The notes under the pieces were generated by a model. That model saw only the letters and a list, made by a program, of their open reading frames with translations, searched no databases and was not told the origin of the DNA. Below, piece after piece: positions 34,401 to 45,894 of a stretch of 64,000 nt of DNA; within the stretch, counting starts at the first letter, position 1, and the number at the start of each line of letters is the position of its first letter. The translations under genes were made by a program, and so were the position numbers. Origin of the DNA: Cladosporium halotolerans. Lineage: Eukaryota. The stretch is taken from the NCBI RefSeq assembly GCF_011745625.1, contig NW_027191452.1, positions 1-64,000 on the forward strand, read 5' to 3'.

Positions 34401-34970
34401 GTTCACGATCCACTGCCACTTTTCCTCCTCGCCTGTTCCTGCGTCGCCGTCATACCCCCGCGCCGTCACCCTGACAGCGCAATTCACCAGCTTGAACACC
34501 TCCTGTTCCACGCTGTGCTCGGCCGCGAGATCCTGCGCTCGGTCGCCCACGGTGAGCACATTGCGACTAATAGAGATCAGATCGTTCAGCCTTTCCAGAT
34601 CTTTCCACAGCCCAGGGTAGTGGCTCGCAATCAGCGCGCCGCTCGTGCTTTCATAGTCGACACTGGTCGGATCCCAGATGGAGAAGCTCCTCCGTTCAAG
34701 ACTGGTAATAGCAGCCTTGAAGAGCGCGACGAGCTCCGACCAGAACTTCGGATCCGTGCCGATGGCTTCCCTGATCGCAGGGTTCTGCGCCGTGCCCCTC
34801 AGCGTCTCCTTGCAGACCTTCTTGTCCAGAAGCTCCAGCGTGCTTTCCTTCATGTACTTGGGCGCCTTGAAGTGGATTGCGTAGGGCGGGAGAACCAGAC
34901 GGACGAAGACGCTGTGCGCCTTCGCCGCTTTCGCCGGGTCGTCTGCGTCGCGGGCCATATTGAAGCCCAT
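31455..34970 (-). CDS. Ataxin-10/Ctr86-like ARM-type protein with an internal HMG-box-like segment
   Basis: C-terminal VQDQVREYGGLEALVGCCRHDEHNPYIREHAIMCLRF is the ataxin-10 signature; acidic tract; start at 34970 or 34958. Confidence 0.85.
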   Translation of the reverse strand: MGFNMARDADDPAKAAKAHSVFVRLVLPPYAIHFKAPKYMKESTLELLDKKVCKETLRGTAQNPAIREAIGTDPKFWSELVALFKAAITSLERRSFSIWDPTSVDYESTSGALIASHYPGLWKDLERLNDLISISRNVLTVGDRAQDLAAEHSVEQEVFKLVNCAVRVTARGYDGDAGTGEEEKWQWIVNAYKKLLITSLQFLNNMVAQNERRKLMLWVSLFDSTSETVLAPEDIPDTTSTGLKDIPSNPTREPEPPVTKRHMLMAYGTNGEETLTLEGAVPLMKDDWKPMPEEVEEGRKTMTPNGYVLFVKRNLDFCVEEYLDTYQRDPTYAEVHLDMPRRWMELDPPAKMHYQRKYEDAQEKYLADVKVFEAKLALAAEKQRAAARAADNSQHSKTAERRIAQLEEVLSERYKGETPSVAPIEPGVYENDGSLNWTEQGAQPRPINHDDLKMLFTADAGTKILESGKSELMKRLEGYEPPPPPDPNLPASRHPDGLNTRPQQTDMVGNPIERTRTMSRSPPRLHPSDPRLPPSQPKPRLRSALLDSETFDEESLTSESEQEEEEEEEESEEEADEEEEYPGSTEDGRGLLTDVPLILGPSEIEVLPMIVMSGIVPPANQLAQCKSQQERNALINMHTVRCHLLLAQDNGRNLLRELLIFVAAWDLREEELYFKFMVKIMEAILQNGLMPYAYHAFRDRSRSKDIISPAQAVIMKLLTNIFRARSEGNKAAAAADLSTPVPMVDVETLLTLRSGTPLPPNVPQRVDLHILNFIFTEFRQHIIPQTCALIFLQGQIHMGRASPEDFPLNLWDMERMYEGVYQYLEFFAVLTEEGVWKEILGGWEIASELVTLLRELEGGIPKMGAANMMQPIPTRRVSAPAGQIPQRASSADARVPSQPAQSPAPVAVERPFDVDVPDPTLPPLPLPVPPPQPQSQIFEAETPLAYPEDAQDEPSDFEWRNLKKLTVLVLSSLIWKNRMVQDQVREYGGLEALVGCCRHDEHNPYIREHAIMCLRFAVEGCEENANVIKKMAGVRHLQGGAVTLGAIEDVPREVLDTNGYETFMDGRGQVGLRRKEPANVHGTSAFGSNSGFPSASAVATGAGVSKPRLPATTKTTAEKAAELMQNALRDLPLGDKLVTDKQKAEALAKLDRAFESTERVLGGVKGVGRGK

Positions 34971-35999
34971 GAGGGATGTTGTGTGATGTGCTCGGTAGTC
35001 TCTGGTGTGGTATCGATGTTCAGCGGCCGCCACCGGGCCCCATTGTATCTGTGTTGCGCCGGCAAGTCCGTAGGCCCGCAAAGTGATCAAGGTCGAAGTC
35101 GGGCTTCGGACGTCGTCTTGGCACGCTGAAGGGTGATTGCCCGCACTCTGCAGGAGCGATGGTACGAACTCACGTCCCCCCAATACTTCTCCTGTCAAGA
35201 GATCACGTTATCGCGAGAGACATAGTTGTATCTTGGATGGTTCGGATATCGAATAATCTTGGGGTCCCGTCTTGAGGTGCGCTGGGAGTATAACCCCAAC
35301 CCTAACCCGAATAGCCCCAACCGCATTATGACATTCGACTCATGCTGCTACTTGTAATCACCATTTGCTGCTTTAAAGTTCGACATTCTGTCGAATATCA
35401 TTGTATCATCGCAGCTTATTATATATCTCTTATACTTGCTAGTAGCATGCATGATCGTATCGTTGAACCCTAAGCTGCTGGAATGTCAAACGGATGTAAA
35501 AGTACACACCAAGACACCTCTCGATTAATAAAAGTGGCCACATGCTGGCAGCTCCTTCAAGAATCATGGCCCATGGTCGCCAACAGAAACAGGGCTAATT
35601 CCAAAAGTCAGGATGCTGTCCAAAATATACACCACTATTACCAAGAAGCGACGCTTTTTGCTGTCATACGAGATTTCTACCGACATCTTAGGACAAGACC
35701 CTCAAGCTTGCGAACGAGAAAGATCGGCAAGATAGCGAAACTACATTATGCCCTAGCATTCAGGCCCCTACCTCTCAATCTCCCGGTGTAAACGGCCAAT
35801 TTGAGGAAACATTCATGTAACCAGAAGAAGTGATAGAAGGAGGCCCAATGAATTTTCTTGAATACATATATTTTATAGCAGTTAATCCTCCACCTAGCTC
35901 TCGCGTCGGCCTACAACACCGCAAGACCATCACAATCTCACCTTCCTCAACACTGCCACCCACTCCAATGTAATCTAGCAAGACGGACTAGTCTCGAAT

Positions 36000-37159
36000 C
36001 TAGCAAGAAGCCGGGCTAGGGACGTTCTGGCACTTGCTGCTCTTCTCACCGCCGGTGACCTTTACGCCAGACCAGGTCCAGTCAGAGCAGGCGCCCTTGC
36101 CGCAAAGAATGTAGATGGGGGTGGCATCGGACGAGACGCTGCCAGTGACGTTCTCGATGTCGAGGCCGGTGATGGGGACGCCGGTGGTGGGCTTGCCGGT
36201 GGGAGAGCCGTTCTCGTAGTCCTGCTCGATGATGATGCCGTTCTTGGCGATCTGCGGGACGATGTTAGTCCCTGCGGTGCGATTTTGTGAGATGTTGGCA
36301 AACTTACGTTCTTAAGGGTGATGCCCTTGTAGGTGACGTTCTTGACCTTGCCAGTGGCGTCGGAGACGGTCTTGATGCGGACACCGTTGTCGGAGTCGAC
36401 GATCTGAGAGTCGAGGATCTTAACTGTGTCGACGGTGTTGTCGTCGCGGCCGCCGACGGAGCCGATGGAAAGACCGTGGCCACCGGAGCAGTAGCCGCCG
36501 GTGAAGGTGATATCGGTACCGCTGTTGACGGCAAGGCAGTCGTCCTGGTTGTAGACAGTGGCACCGCTGATGGTGATTTGCTCAGAAGAGCCGACGTCGA
36601 AGGCGTCGGTGTTGTGGCCACCGTTAGAGTCGCCATCCTTGTTGTTGACGGTAACGTCGTTGATCTGAAGGTTGGTCGAATCATTGATGGAGAACACCTG
36701 GACGGGAGAGTTCTTGATCGTAATGCCCTTGATGACCGAGTTGTTCAACTTGTGGGCGTAGAAGAACTTGGGCTTGGTCTTGCCTCCGTTGGTGCCCTTG
36801 GAGTCCCACCAGCGGGATCCATCGCCGTCAAGAGTGGCATCAGTGCCGTCAACGGTGATGGTATCACCGGCGATGCGGACGAGAGGACCCTTCCATTCCT
36901 TGTAGCCGAAAGTCGTGGTGCCCTTGAAGACAACCTTGGTGCCCTTCTTGAGGTCGCTCAGGTCAAGAGTCTCGCCAGCCGGAACCTCGATGTTGTTCAG
37001 GGTGATTGTAGAGCAAGACTTCTGGTTCTTCATGGCATCGGCGGCACCACTGGAACCGCTGAAGGAACAGCTATCGGCGCGCTTGTCGACCGTCGCAGGG
37101 GCAGCGACGACGGCGGTGGCGGCCAGCGCCACCGTGGCGAGGGAAGAGATGAAGTGCAT
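36000..37159 (-). CDS. Secreted endopolygalacturonase (GH28); intron 36252-36307
   Basis: Signal peptide and KR pro-site; NTD, QDD, GHG, RIKT motifs; spliced end IEQDY...CSDWTW...C to TAG. Confidence 0.96.
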
Positions 37160-37258
37160 AGTGGAAGTAGGAACTTGAAAGTACAAACGAATGACTGTGA
37201 AAGAGAGAAGAGAGTGTTGGGGATTATCCAGACCCAGAAGAGGGGTGTTCAGCATGTC

Positions 37259-37264
37259 TTTATA
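37259..37264 (-). promoter_or_regulatory. Putative TATA box of the polygalacturonase gene
   Basis: TATAAA on the minus strand about 100 bp upstream of the ATG, followed by a CT-rich tract. Confidence 0.45.
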
Positions 37265-38193
37265 CAGACCTATGAGCGGGGCATTAGGCCCTTCGGCGAC
37301 TACTGGTGCGAAGGTATGCCGCCATTGCCGTGTCCAGACATTGTAGCGTGAGCGTGCAGCAATCAAAACCCTGGCTCTGGCATATAAGGGCTTCACGCCA
37401 CGCCGCCAGCACGTTCTCTCGCATTATAGTTCGCACGACTTGAACTTGACCGACTGCCTGATTCGCTAGGGCTACGCTGCTGGCCTTACGCGAATGGGGG
37501 AACTGGCTCCTTCGGGACAAAGATGTAACACCGGCCGGGTGGTCATGAGTTGGTGTTCGTCACGCCTTGTAGGGCTGTGGCAAGACATTGCGTTCATCAA
37601 CTCTCTTCCACACAAGCCTTGCGGCGTGCCTGAGATGAAAGCTTGGCTGTCGAGTCGTGTCTATGAGGGCATTTGACGAAACGCCGGGACTTGATTTGTG
37701 GAACATCCTTCGACTCGCTAGCTCATTTTGCGACCGAGTTGAGACCGTGCGAGCCCTAGGAGTGAGTCTTTTCCGTGCCCGTGTCGTTTTGGAGAGGGGG
37801 AGAACGACCTCAGAGGCAGGTGGCGGAGAAAAGCGAACGGTCCGCTTCAGCCGCTCTCCACAAGCAGGTGGGTCGCTCGCTTGCGAGCCCTCCAAGGGCT
37901 CGTGCTGCCTAAGCTTTCATGGCCTTATATCTGAAACATATCGCGTCGGAGACGATTGGTGCAAGAATAGCATACTTCTTTGAGATCACAGGGAGTGTCT
38001 CTCCATTAGATTATTCACTTATCCGTACGTCTCGCTCGGAGGTAGAAACCCTTCGCCCTTTCACTTGCTGCATCGGAGAATCAATCACAATCAATCGTTC
38101 TGAGCCAATTCACTTCTGAAACATGGTTGTTCAGAGGCAAGCTTTGCCTTGTGTGTCGTCTATCTTTCCATCAATTGGCTCGTATTGGCTCGC

Positions 38194-39401
38194 CTACTGC
38201 AAATTATCAGATTCTTTCTGCCTTGCGATCTTGACCTTCATCTCTTCTATCATTTGGAGCATGTCCGGGCTGAACTTGGCCATGTACCTTGCGTCTTTAC
38301 GATCGACCCTCTCCTGATCCTCCTTGGACAGCGGCGGCTCCCCAGGATTGGCACGCCAAATCGGCTTTGCCTTGGAAGTTGGGTCTTCCTTCGTGAGCTT
38401 GACATATTCGCGCGCGGCAGTGGCAAGGGTGCTGACGAGCTGCATTTTCGATGCCTGATAGTCCGCCTCTTTCGCTTTTAGCATCGCTCCTATCGGCTGG
38501 TGATGATGCTCCCATTCGCACAGCTCATCTAGTTGGTAATCCGTGTTCTAGGCAAGATCTACTGCCTTGTCATATCCGTCCAAGCCGTGCCTGCTGCACA
38601 CGGGTTTTTCAGGGCGTTCCGAGTCCTCGCCGTACAGCTGGCGCTGAAGGATTTTGGCAACATAGTCTCGGCTGTAGTCGTCAAAACTCAAAACAGGATG
38701 ATACTGGCCGTGCTGCGCTCCAGCTAAGTCGACAGCCCAAGTACTCTGGTCTTTCAAAGTAAGGCACAGTACATGGTGCGTGGTGACGAATGTGCCATCT
38801 GGTTCGCTACCGAAATGGCGATACATCGACACTTTTGCATCGAAAACACGCACAGTGACCTCTTCCACCTTCGCAACGTATCCTGTATTTCTGAGATTAG
38901 CACTCTCAATCAGCGAAGATACCTGTCTCTTGCCTTACCTTTGAATGCCTTTCGTCCAAGCTCCAATATCATACTGTGAAAGACATCGTTGCCAGCATTC
39001 CAGGAGAGTATGGCTTGCTTGGTTTTCGTGTCGAATCCAAACTTGTCAGAAATAGGTCCGATCGTGGGCGAAGAAGCCAGCTTCGGTGCATCGAAAATGT
39101 GCAATGTACCATCGCTGAACTTCTCCACCTTCGCGTCTTTGAGATCAAAAGCCTCAGCTCGAGTGGCGAAAAATGCTTCCTGAAGAAGCTCGCCTGCACG
39201 GAAGAGCTTTTTGCGGGCCTGAACGGCCTGGCAATCCTTCTTGTGCGATGGCCAGCCCTTGGTTTGGCAGTCCTTGCTGCAATAGAACGTTGAAGCGCTG
39301 ATTTTGTTGGGATATTTTACGTCAAAGCAGGCGATGCACCGCGCCGATGCGGCCTCACCACAGACGGAGCAGGTGTTGGAAAGTGTGTCCTGATGAGCCA
39401 T
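38194..39401 (-). pseudogene. MYND zinc-finger protein with in-frame premature TAG at 38548-38550; intron 38883-38938
   Basis: CSVC..CIAC..YCSKDCQTKGWPSHKKDC (MYND), WAVDLAGAQHG. The frame continues past the stop: DLA*NTDYQLDELCEWE...MLKAKEADY. Confidence 0.7.
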
Positions 39402-39954
39402 GCTGATAGCGGATGCTTTTGTGTAGAAGCCGAGCGACTTGAGAGAGAGGGTCGAACGTTTAGATCAATGCGCTGAAGTACAGTGTCGCAGCCGTTTGAT
39501 GCGCGTGCCCGGTAATGTTTGCGCTGCGTCTACACTTGCATGTGAAAGCCAAGCAAACACTGACGTCTCCTTGCAGGCTCGAACAGTGAAATCGAAGCAT
39601 TAGCGCACGGCTCCATGCAGTGAAAGCTGCAAAGGACTCATAGCTTCAGAAAGCTCTCCCAGGGGATTCATAGGGGATCAGTAACATGCGGTCCCACTCG
39701 TCGTTCTCCACCTCCGCATTTCATTTCCTCTGGGCCAAGGTGTTCCGTCCACCATCTGACTTCAAACAGACGGGCGGTAGAGCAGTCGAAGGAGGTGAAG
39801 CGGGCTGAACTTCCACTGGGCCTTTGAGCGCAATTCGTGTCCCGCATCAGGGTGAAAGTTTCCAAAGAAGATGATTTACCAAAAGAGGGTCACCAGAAAA
39901 TTAACCTTGTGGCGCTCAGATGTTTTCTTGATGCCTAGCGTACAGTTTCCAACT

Positions 39955-40839
39955 CTACTTCTTGCCCTTCTTTTTCCCAGAATCTTTACTGTCTTTCTCT
40001 CCCTCAGGTGAGAAGTTCCCTTTGACCACTGCGTCTCTTGCAGCTTGATTGATCAATCGAAACCTGTCCGGGCCCAGGTGGATGCCACCGTACCACCTGG
40101 TTACAACCACCATAGCGTTCCAGACACCCATAAGTTCAAGCAGATGAAGTAGTCGGCCGCCAGCAGCGCTTTCTCCATCATCATCGCAGTCCTGAAACTG
40201 CACGCCGTTTTCGCCGCGAATGCGCCAAGCAGTGATATTGTGCGTGGCTTTGGCCGCTTTCTTGTCTGTTGCAAGTAAGTGCGCGAGGTAAGACTTTGCC
40301 TCGTCTACTGAGTGCACCTCGGCAGCGCGAGCCAGGAATACACTTTTCTTTTCGGTAATGACTTCTGACAGCACCCAAGGCGGAGGATCGCCTAAGTCGT
40401 CCAATGACTGATACTCGTCAGAATGTGCTTCGAGATTGCCGGAATGTTCGTCGCCCTGACCGTTCGCTTGAGAAGCTTGTTGCTCCTCTTCCCTTGTGCT
40501 TGAGTCCAGGCCGAGCTGCTGAAGTTTCTGGCCGCCTTCCTCGATGAGATCGAAAATGCATGGTGATCCAGGGATATAGACTTCTTCCAGTACTGCTCGA
40601 ATGGAGTCGACGATCTGTTGCCCTTCGCCCTTCGCAACGTTTTCGCCAATATGCTGGGTGCCAAGGATGGAGGGCGGTACATTTGGATAGCCTGCTGGAA
40701 ATTCCGTTCTTAATGATATGTTCGAACGGATTGGTAGTGTCAAAGCATATATATTGGAATTGTCTGATGTCTTTGTGAGAGTATTGTCGCCGTAAATCGA
40801 GTTTATCGAGGTAATCTCATCCAGTAGTTCCTCCGACAT
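39955..40839 (-). CDS. YIH1: IMPACT/Yih1 (RWD + UPF0029), Gcn1-binding regulator of Gcn2
   Basis: DEITSINSIYG, YPNVPP (RWD), EKKSVFLA, ATHNITAWR, DCDDDGESAAG, VVTRWYGGIHLGPDRF. Confidence 0.94.
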   Translation of the reverse strand: MSEELLDEITSINSIYGDNTLTKTSDNSNIYALTLPIRSNISLRTEFPAGYPNVPPSILGTQHIGENVAKGEGQQIVDSIRAVLEEVYIPGSPCIFDLIEEGGQKLQQLGLDSSTREEEQQASQANGQGDEHSGNLEAHSDEYQSLDDLGDPPPWVLSEVITEKKSVFLARAAEVHSVDEAKSYLAHLLATDKKAAKATHNITAWRIRGENGVQFQDCDDDGESAAGGRLLHLLELMGVWNAMVVVTRWYGGIHLGPDRFRLINQAARDAVVKGNFSPEGEKDSKDSGKKKGKK

Positions 40840-41153
40840 TTCTTGTGAGCTTTCGAAATTGCGACTTCAAGATTGGTTCTCCGTAAAACTGGCTCTCAGA
40901 ATCCAGCTATGCTCAAATGATCGTCATGAGTGCGAGTACTGCATATTTTACAAGATATTCTTCGAGTCCTACTATCTAGAGCGATATATTGGCGGCTTCA
41001 GCCTTCAATCTTCAATCTTCAGAAGTGAAGTGAACGAAAGCGGAACCGCCCGCGAAATCTGGGCAGGTCAGCCGACTGACGTTCGAACTTCTTCAGCACC
41101 TTGAACCGACGCGCAACGCGCATAGACTACTTCTCACGTACACATTTGCCGAA

Positions 41154-42938
41154 ATGGCCACAGCCAGGAGCGCTTTCTCGCTATCGAGCGCTTTACCGAA
41201 AGCCAAGTACACTGGCGAGGATGAAGAGCTGCCAACACACGCCCAGTCGAAAGGGCCTCGAGTCGTGGATTCGCGAGAAATCGAGTCCAACCAGTTGGTG
41301 GTAAAGAGATCAGGACCGCCGGCATACGGGCAGCGGGTATCCTGGAGACCGAGGAATGCGGAAGACTTTGGCGATGGTGGAGCGTTCCCCGAGGTTCCCG
41401 TGGCGCAATATCCGCTGGACATGGGTCGCAAGGGAGGATCAGCCGCAGGCTCCTCGAATGCGCTGGCTATCCAGGTGAACAACGAGGGCAAGGTGAAATA
41501 CGATGCGATTGCGCGACGAGGACACGATGAGAAGCGCATTATCCACTCTTCCTTCAAGGACCTAATCCCGCTGCGCCAGCGCGCGGATGTCGGAGAGATC
41601 AGCCTGGAGAAGCCCAGCGAGGAAGAGGTGGAAGAAGCTAAGGAGCGAACACAGAAGGCTTTGTCAGGGCTAGTAGCAGGTGCTCTGGCAGCTCAGAAAC
41701 CGAAGAACATCAAGGGAACGTCAAGACCGGAACCGACTTTCGTTCGATACACGCCTGCGAATCAGATGGGAGACCAGGGAAAGAAGGGAGATCGTATTAT
41801 GAAGATTGTTCAAAGACAACAAGACCCGATGGAGCCACCGAAACACAAGATCAAGAAGGTCCCCCGTGGACCTCCCAGCCCGCCGCCACCTGTCATGCAT
41901 TCGCCTCCGCGCAAGCTCACGGCTGAGGACCAAGAAGCTTGGAGGATCCCGCCGCCTGTCTCAAACTGGAAGAACCCTAAGGGCTACACGGTGCCTTTGG
42001 ACAAACGGTTGGCTGCAGATGGCAGAGGCCTGCAAGACGTCACAATCAACGACAAATTTGCCCAATTTGCCGAAGCACTGCAGACTGCGGACAGCCACGC
42101 AAGGGAGGAGGTTCAGCAGCGCCAGCGTATGCAACAGCGCCTGGCGGAGAAAGAGAAAGAAGCAAAAGAAGAGAATCTTCGGATGCTGGCTCAAAAGGCA
42201 CGCGAGGACCGCGCCGCAGCTACTTCTGGACGACGTGGCTCATACGATCGATCCCGCTCCCGCAGCCGGTCTGTGGACAGCCGCTCGTCATACTCGTCCT
42301 ATTCTTCGCGATCAAGATCACGCAGCCGAAGCTACAGCCGTGATAGAGAAGATCCCTCAGAGCGTGAACGCCGAGATCGCGAGAACGCTCGGGCTGAGCG
42401 TCGTCGCGAGGCTCAGCGCGATCTACGGAAGAACAACATGGGTCACGAGAGGCGTGTGCAGATGATGGCAAGAGAGCAGAATCGCGATGTTAGCGAGAAG
42501 GTCGCATTGGGCTTGGCGAAACCGACACAAAACAAGGAAGCCATGTACGACTCGAGACTCTTCAACCAAAGCTCTGGATTCGCAGCCGGCTTCAACGAAG
42601 ATCAGCCGTACGACAAACCTTTGTTCGCTGAGCGCGACGCACTCAACAGCATTTATCGTCCTAATGTCGGCGACGATGACGAGGATGATGGTGGTGAGAC
42701 CTTGGAGAAGATCCAAGGTACGAAGAGATTCGAGAGCCTCGGCCGTGCGCCCAAAGAGGGTTTCAAGGGCACAGATGCTGCGGAACAGAGAAGCGGGCCC
42801 GTTATGTTTGAACGAGACCGAGGGGATGATCCTTTTGGTGTCGAGGCTATGATCTCGGAAGCGTCAAAGGGAGCAAAGAGAGGCGCTGACGATGACGGTG
42901 GTGGAAATGGTAAGAGGGCAAGGGTGGATGATGAGTAA
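41154..42938 (+). CDS. PRP45: Pre-mRNA splicing factor Prp45/SKIP (SNW domain)
   Basis: DFGDGGAFPE, DPMEPP, SPPPPVMHSPPRK, SNWKNPKG, LDKRLAADGRG, YDSRLFNQ. Confidence 0.96.
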   Translation: MATARSAFSLSSALPKAKYTGEDEELPTHAQSKGPRVVDSREIESNQLVVKRSGPPAYGQRVSWRPRNAEDFGDGGAFPEVPVAQYPLDMGRKGGSAAGSSNALAIQVNNEGKVKYDAIARRGHDEKRIIHSSFKDLIPLRQRADVGEISLEKPSEEEVEEAKERTQKALSGLVAGALAAQKPKNIKGTSRPEPTFVRYTPANQMGDQGKKGDRIMKIVQRQQDPMEPPKHKIKKVPRGPPSPPPPVMHSPPRKLTAEDQEAWRIPPPVSNWKNPKGYTVPLDKRLAADGRGLQDVTINDKFAQFAEALQTADSHAREEVQQRQRMQQRLAEKEKEAKEENLRMLAQKAREDRAAATSGRRGSYDRSRSRSRSVDSRSSYSSYSSRSRSRSRSYSRDREDPSERERRDRENARAERRREAQRDLRKNNMGHERRVQMMAREQNRDVSEKVALGLAKPTQNKEAMYDSRLFNQSSGFAAGFNEDQPYDKPLFAERDALNSIYRPNVGDDDEDDGGETLEKIQGTKRFESLGRAPKEGFKGTDAAEQRSGPVMFERDRGDDPFGVEAMISEASKGAKRGADDDGGGNGKRARVDDE

Positions 42939-43143
42939 AGCTGTGATATCCTGCATCAATAATGTAACGTAGCGGTCGATATTTGGTAGCCATCCGTGCC
43001 TGAGGCTTGTGCGCCCACATGACCAGTCCTTCACCTCCGCTCAACATCACCCACCCGCTGCGATCTGCTTTTGCAAACGACCATAACTCTTCCTTGCGGT
43101 GACTAACGTCCACAATAATTTGCGCATCGACTGGAGTGGACGA

Positions 43144-44100
43144 ATGCAAACCCCGACCGCCTCGCAAACATGCCTCCACCACCGCTCCTCACTACAACAA
43201 GCCACGGCATCTCGACTAAACGAAGCGACTGCTGAAAAATTAGCTCGAGAACAAGATGGCCTCGTCACAACAGTACCAAGCACTTCTGTCGTTCCTCCAG
43301 CAGCACCCGCCACAGCAAAGACTCAAATCGGAGAACCGCTCCTCGAGGTGTCAACGGCAAGATTGCCGGATTGGCCACCAGTGCTGACATTCTTCCTGCT
43401 CGCCTGGCTGGTCATGGCGTGGAGTGCAGCTATCATCCTGTACTTGGCTACCTTCCCAGAGAAGGTCGCGTGGTTTGACAGGGCAATGTCGAGGTGGTGG
43501 CCGCGCGATGGCGCTCACAAACCTTCGGCACGCCAGCGCTCCTGCTCTCCGTTCGAACACAGCAATCCCGCTCCAGCGCCGTCTATACGCCGCTTCTCGA
43601 GCAACGCAGACTTTCGCGGCTCAGCAATCGCAACTGGTCTCGGAATCGCGTTTGATGACCATGAACACCTTTCGCGGCTCCGGAGACGACGATCTTGGGA
43701 CGAAGAAGCTCTAAGGCCACGTGCGGTGCCAGCTCGAGGCAGGAAGATTCTTTCGACGGCACCAATTCCATCTTTGCGAAGGTTTCTTGCTAGGTCGCCT
43801 AAGCATTATTTCAGGGGTCGTGACGATGATCGCCAGGAAGGAATTGACAACAACGCGAAGATTGAACACGGTGGCCAGTATGAAAGGGGTACCATTGCAG
43901 ATGAAGGATCTGGCCTTGGACGCGGCGTGAGAGGAGACGCCGATGATCGGGTCGGCGGAATGGCAGGTGCTTTGGAGAGCGTGAACGCGGTCATCGAATT
44001 TGTGGCAAAGAAATTGGCGAAAGCGTCGAGTGACCCCGTTCGTGGTAGGGCCAAGTCTGGGCTTTTGTTGCCGCTAAACGGCAACAAGAGGGAGCTGTAA
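43144..44100 (+). CDS. Hypothetical single-pass membrane protein
   Basis: About 318-aa ORF with one hydrophobic segment (VLTFFLLAWLVMAWSAAIILYL); fills the gap between PRP45 and SWF1. Confidence 0.55.
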   Translation: MQTPTASQTCLHHRSSLQQATASRLNEATAEKLAREQDGLVTTVPSTSVVPPAAPATAKTQIGEPLLEVSTARLPDWPPVLTFFLLAWLVMAWSAAIILYLATFPEKVAWFDRAMSRWWPRDGAHKPSARQRSCSPFEHSNPAPAPSIRRFSSNADFRGSAIATGLGIAFDDHEHLSRLRRRRSWDEEALRPRAVPARGRKILSTAPIPSLRRFLARSPKHYFRGRDDDRQEGIDNNAKIEHGGQYERGTIADEGSGLGRGVRGDADDRVGGMAGALESVNAVIEFVAKKLAKASSDPVRGRAKSGLLLPLNGNKREL

Positions 44101-44187
44101 GGGCTGGTTGTGAATCAAGAAACGCTCTGGCGATAGTGGACGGGTACCAAGTACTAATGGTGTCGGCTCTATCGTTGCACATCATTC

Positions 44188-45475
44188 TCATCGTCCCGTC
44201 AAAACGTCCATGAAGTTGTCCCACCCGCCCAGATCGTAGATGTTTTCCACCTCGTCGAGACTCCATATCCGTCTCCACAAAGCCTCTTGGCCCTTCGGGG
44301 GCTTGCTGTCGTTAGTCCTGACCACAATCTGGTCGCTGTCTACCGGCCACTCGACATACGGGTCATCCTCCGCATTTGCCAGCAACCCCAGCGCGGTACC
44401 CAACCCAGCATCGGCCTTGGCACCTGAGTCACCTTCGCCATTCTCTTGAGCCTCTTTTTGCTTTTTGCAGTGTGCTCTTATGGCGGCACGAGAAGAAACA
44501 AAGACTACGCCATCAGCCATGTCGTCGCGCCAATCGGCCCACTTTTGGCTTTCATTGGTCGTCATGCCAGCCCAGATCAGGTAGCAATGGTAAGCGAACA
44601 GACCAAGCGGAAGGAAAGCTGTCGAGCTGGCGAGCATTCCAACACCAGCGATCGAAATCCCGCCGATGTTAACGGCGCGGACGGCTGCATCGCCGAGGTG
44701 GCGGAAGTGCTCGAAGGTGAAGAATGCAGGTTCCTCAGGAGTTTTCAGGTGTGGGCGTAGTAGATACCAGCTCAAAAAGGCACCATAGAACTCGAGAAAA
44801 CTCAGAGTAACGAGGAGCAGAAGGAACCAGCGATAGTTGCCACGGCCGAGACAGTTGTTAACCCAGGGGCAATGATGGTCGAGTTTTGCAATGCAGGTGC
44901 CACACAGGGAGCAATGTTTGCTACGGGCGGGTTTTGAGATACTGCAGGTTCGGCATTTTTGAACTGGTCGGAAAAGGATATGATCATACGGGTAGTCGTG
45001 TGTTTCCTTAGTTTCGGCAGTGAGGTAGTGCGCGGTGTGAGTGGCACACAGATATGTGAAAATATACGGTAAAGCCAGGAGAATTGGAGCAGGCAGCAAC
45101 AAGCTAGTTGGCAGACGATGTGCACCCTGATACAGGAACAGTGCAGCACTTCCAGTCAGAACGGAGAGAAATAGGATCTATGATACTGTCAACTGTCGGT
45201 CTGGCTATCCATCTGTTGACCGAAGATCTTACCAGGACAAGAGGATTTTTCTGGAAAAACAGGTAATGGCCCAGTCGTTTGCCTTTGGCGGCAAGTGTCC
45301 CTCCTGTGATCCGCCGGTCAACGCTCTTGAGAGCACTGGGAATATGCAGGCATAATGCTCGCTGCAGCCAGCCGATGGGTGTCCTTCGTAGCGCGGGCAG
45401 CCGTCCGAAAAGGGCGACGAAGGTTATGATCGAGATGATCAAGATGCCAATCAAGATCTTACGAATTATGCCCAT
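44188..45475 (-). CDS. SWF1: DHHC palmitoyltransferase Swf1; intron 45178-45232
   Basis: FVALFGRLPALRRTPIG, CRTC..KPARSKHC..C..C..DHHCPWVNNC, TTNES, NIYDLG. Confidence 0.92.
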
Positions 45476-45894
45476 TGCCAATTGCACGCTTACCGCATTC
45501 CGTCTGCGAGGCCTTCACAGGAGCCCAGAGAAAGAAGCGTCTGTTGATGCCTGGGTGTGATGAGCGGGAAAGAGGCGGCCTGGGTCTGGAAGCAGGCGCC
45601 GGTGCACCCTAACGCTGTACTTCACCCTATAACAAAACACATCGCCAAATATTTGATTCCAAAAGCCGAAGCCGAGCCTCAGCTTACGAGTCCTAGTCTC
45701 CTGTCCATCGCAAAAAGGATGTGAATTTACACGTCTCGCGCAACTCGGCAGTCGACCATCCCTCAACCACACTTCGGCCTCCTCGTGATCGCGCGTGCAT
45801 CTTGTCGCGTCGCGGGGTTCAGCTTCGACCTCAAATTCCCACGCAACCGGCAACCTCCCATCCACCATCCTGTCGCAAACCACACGGCGTGACC

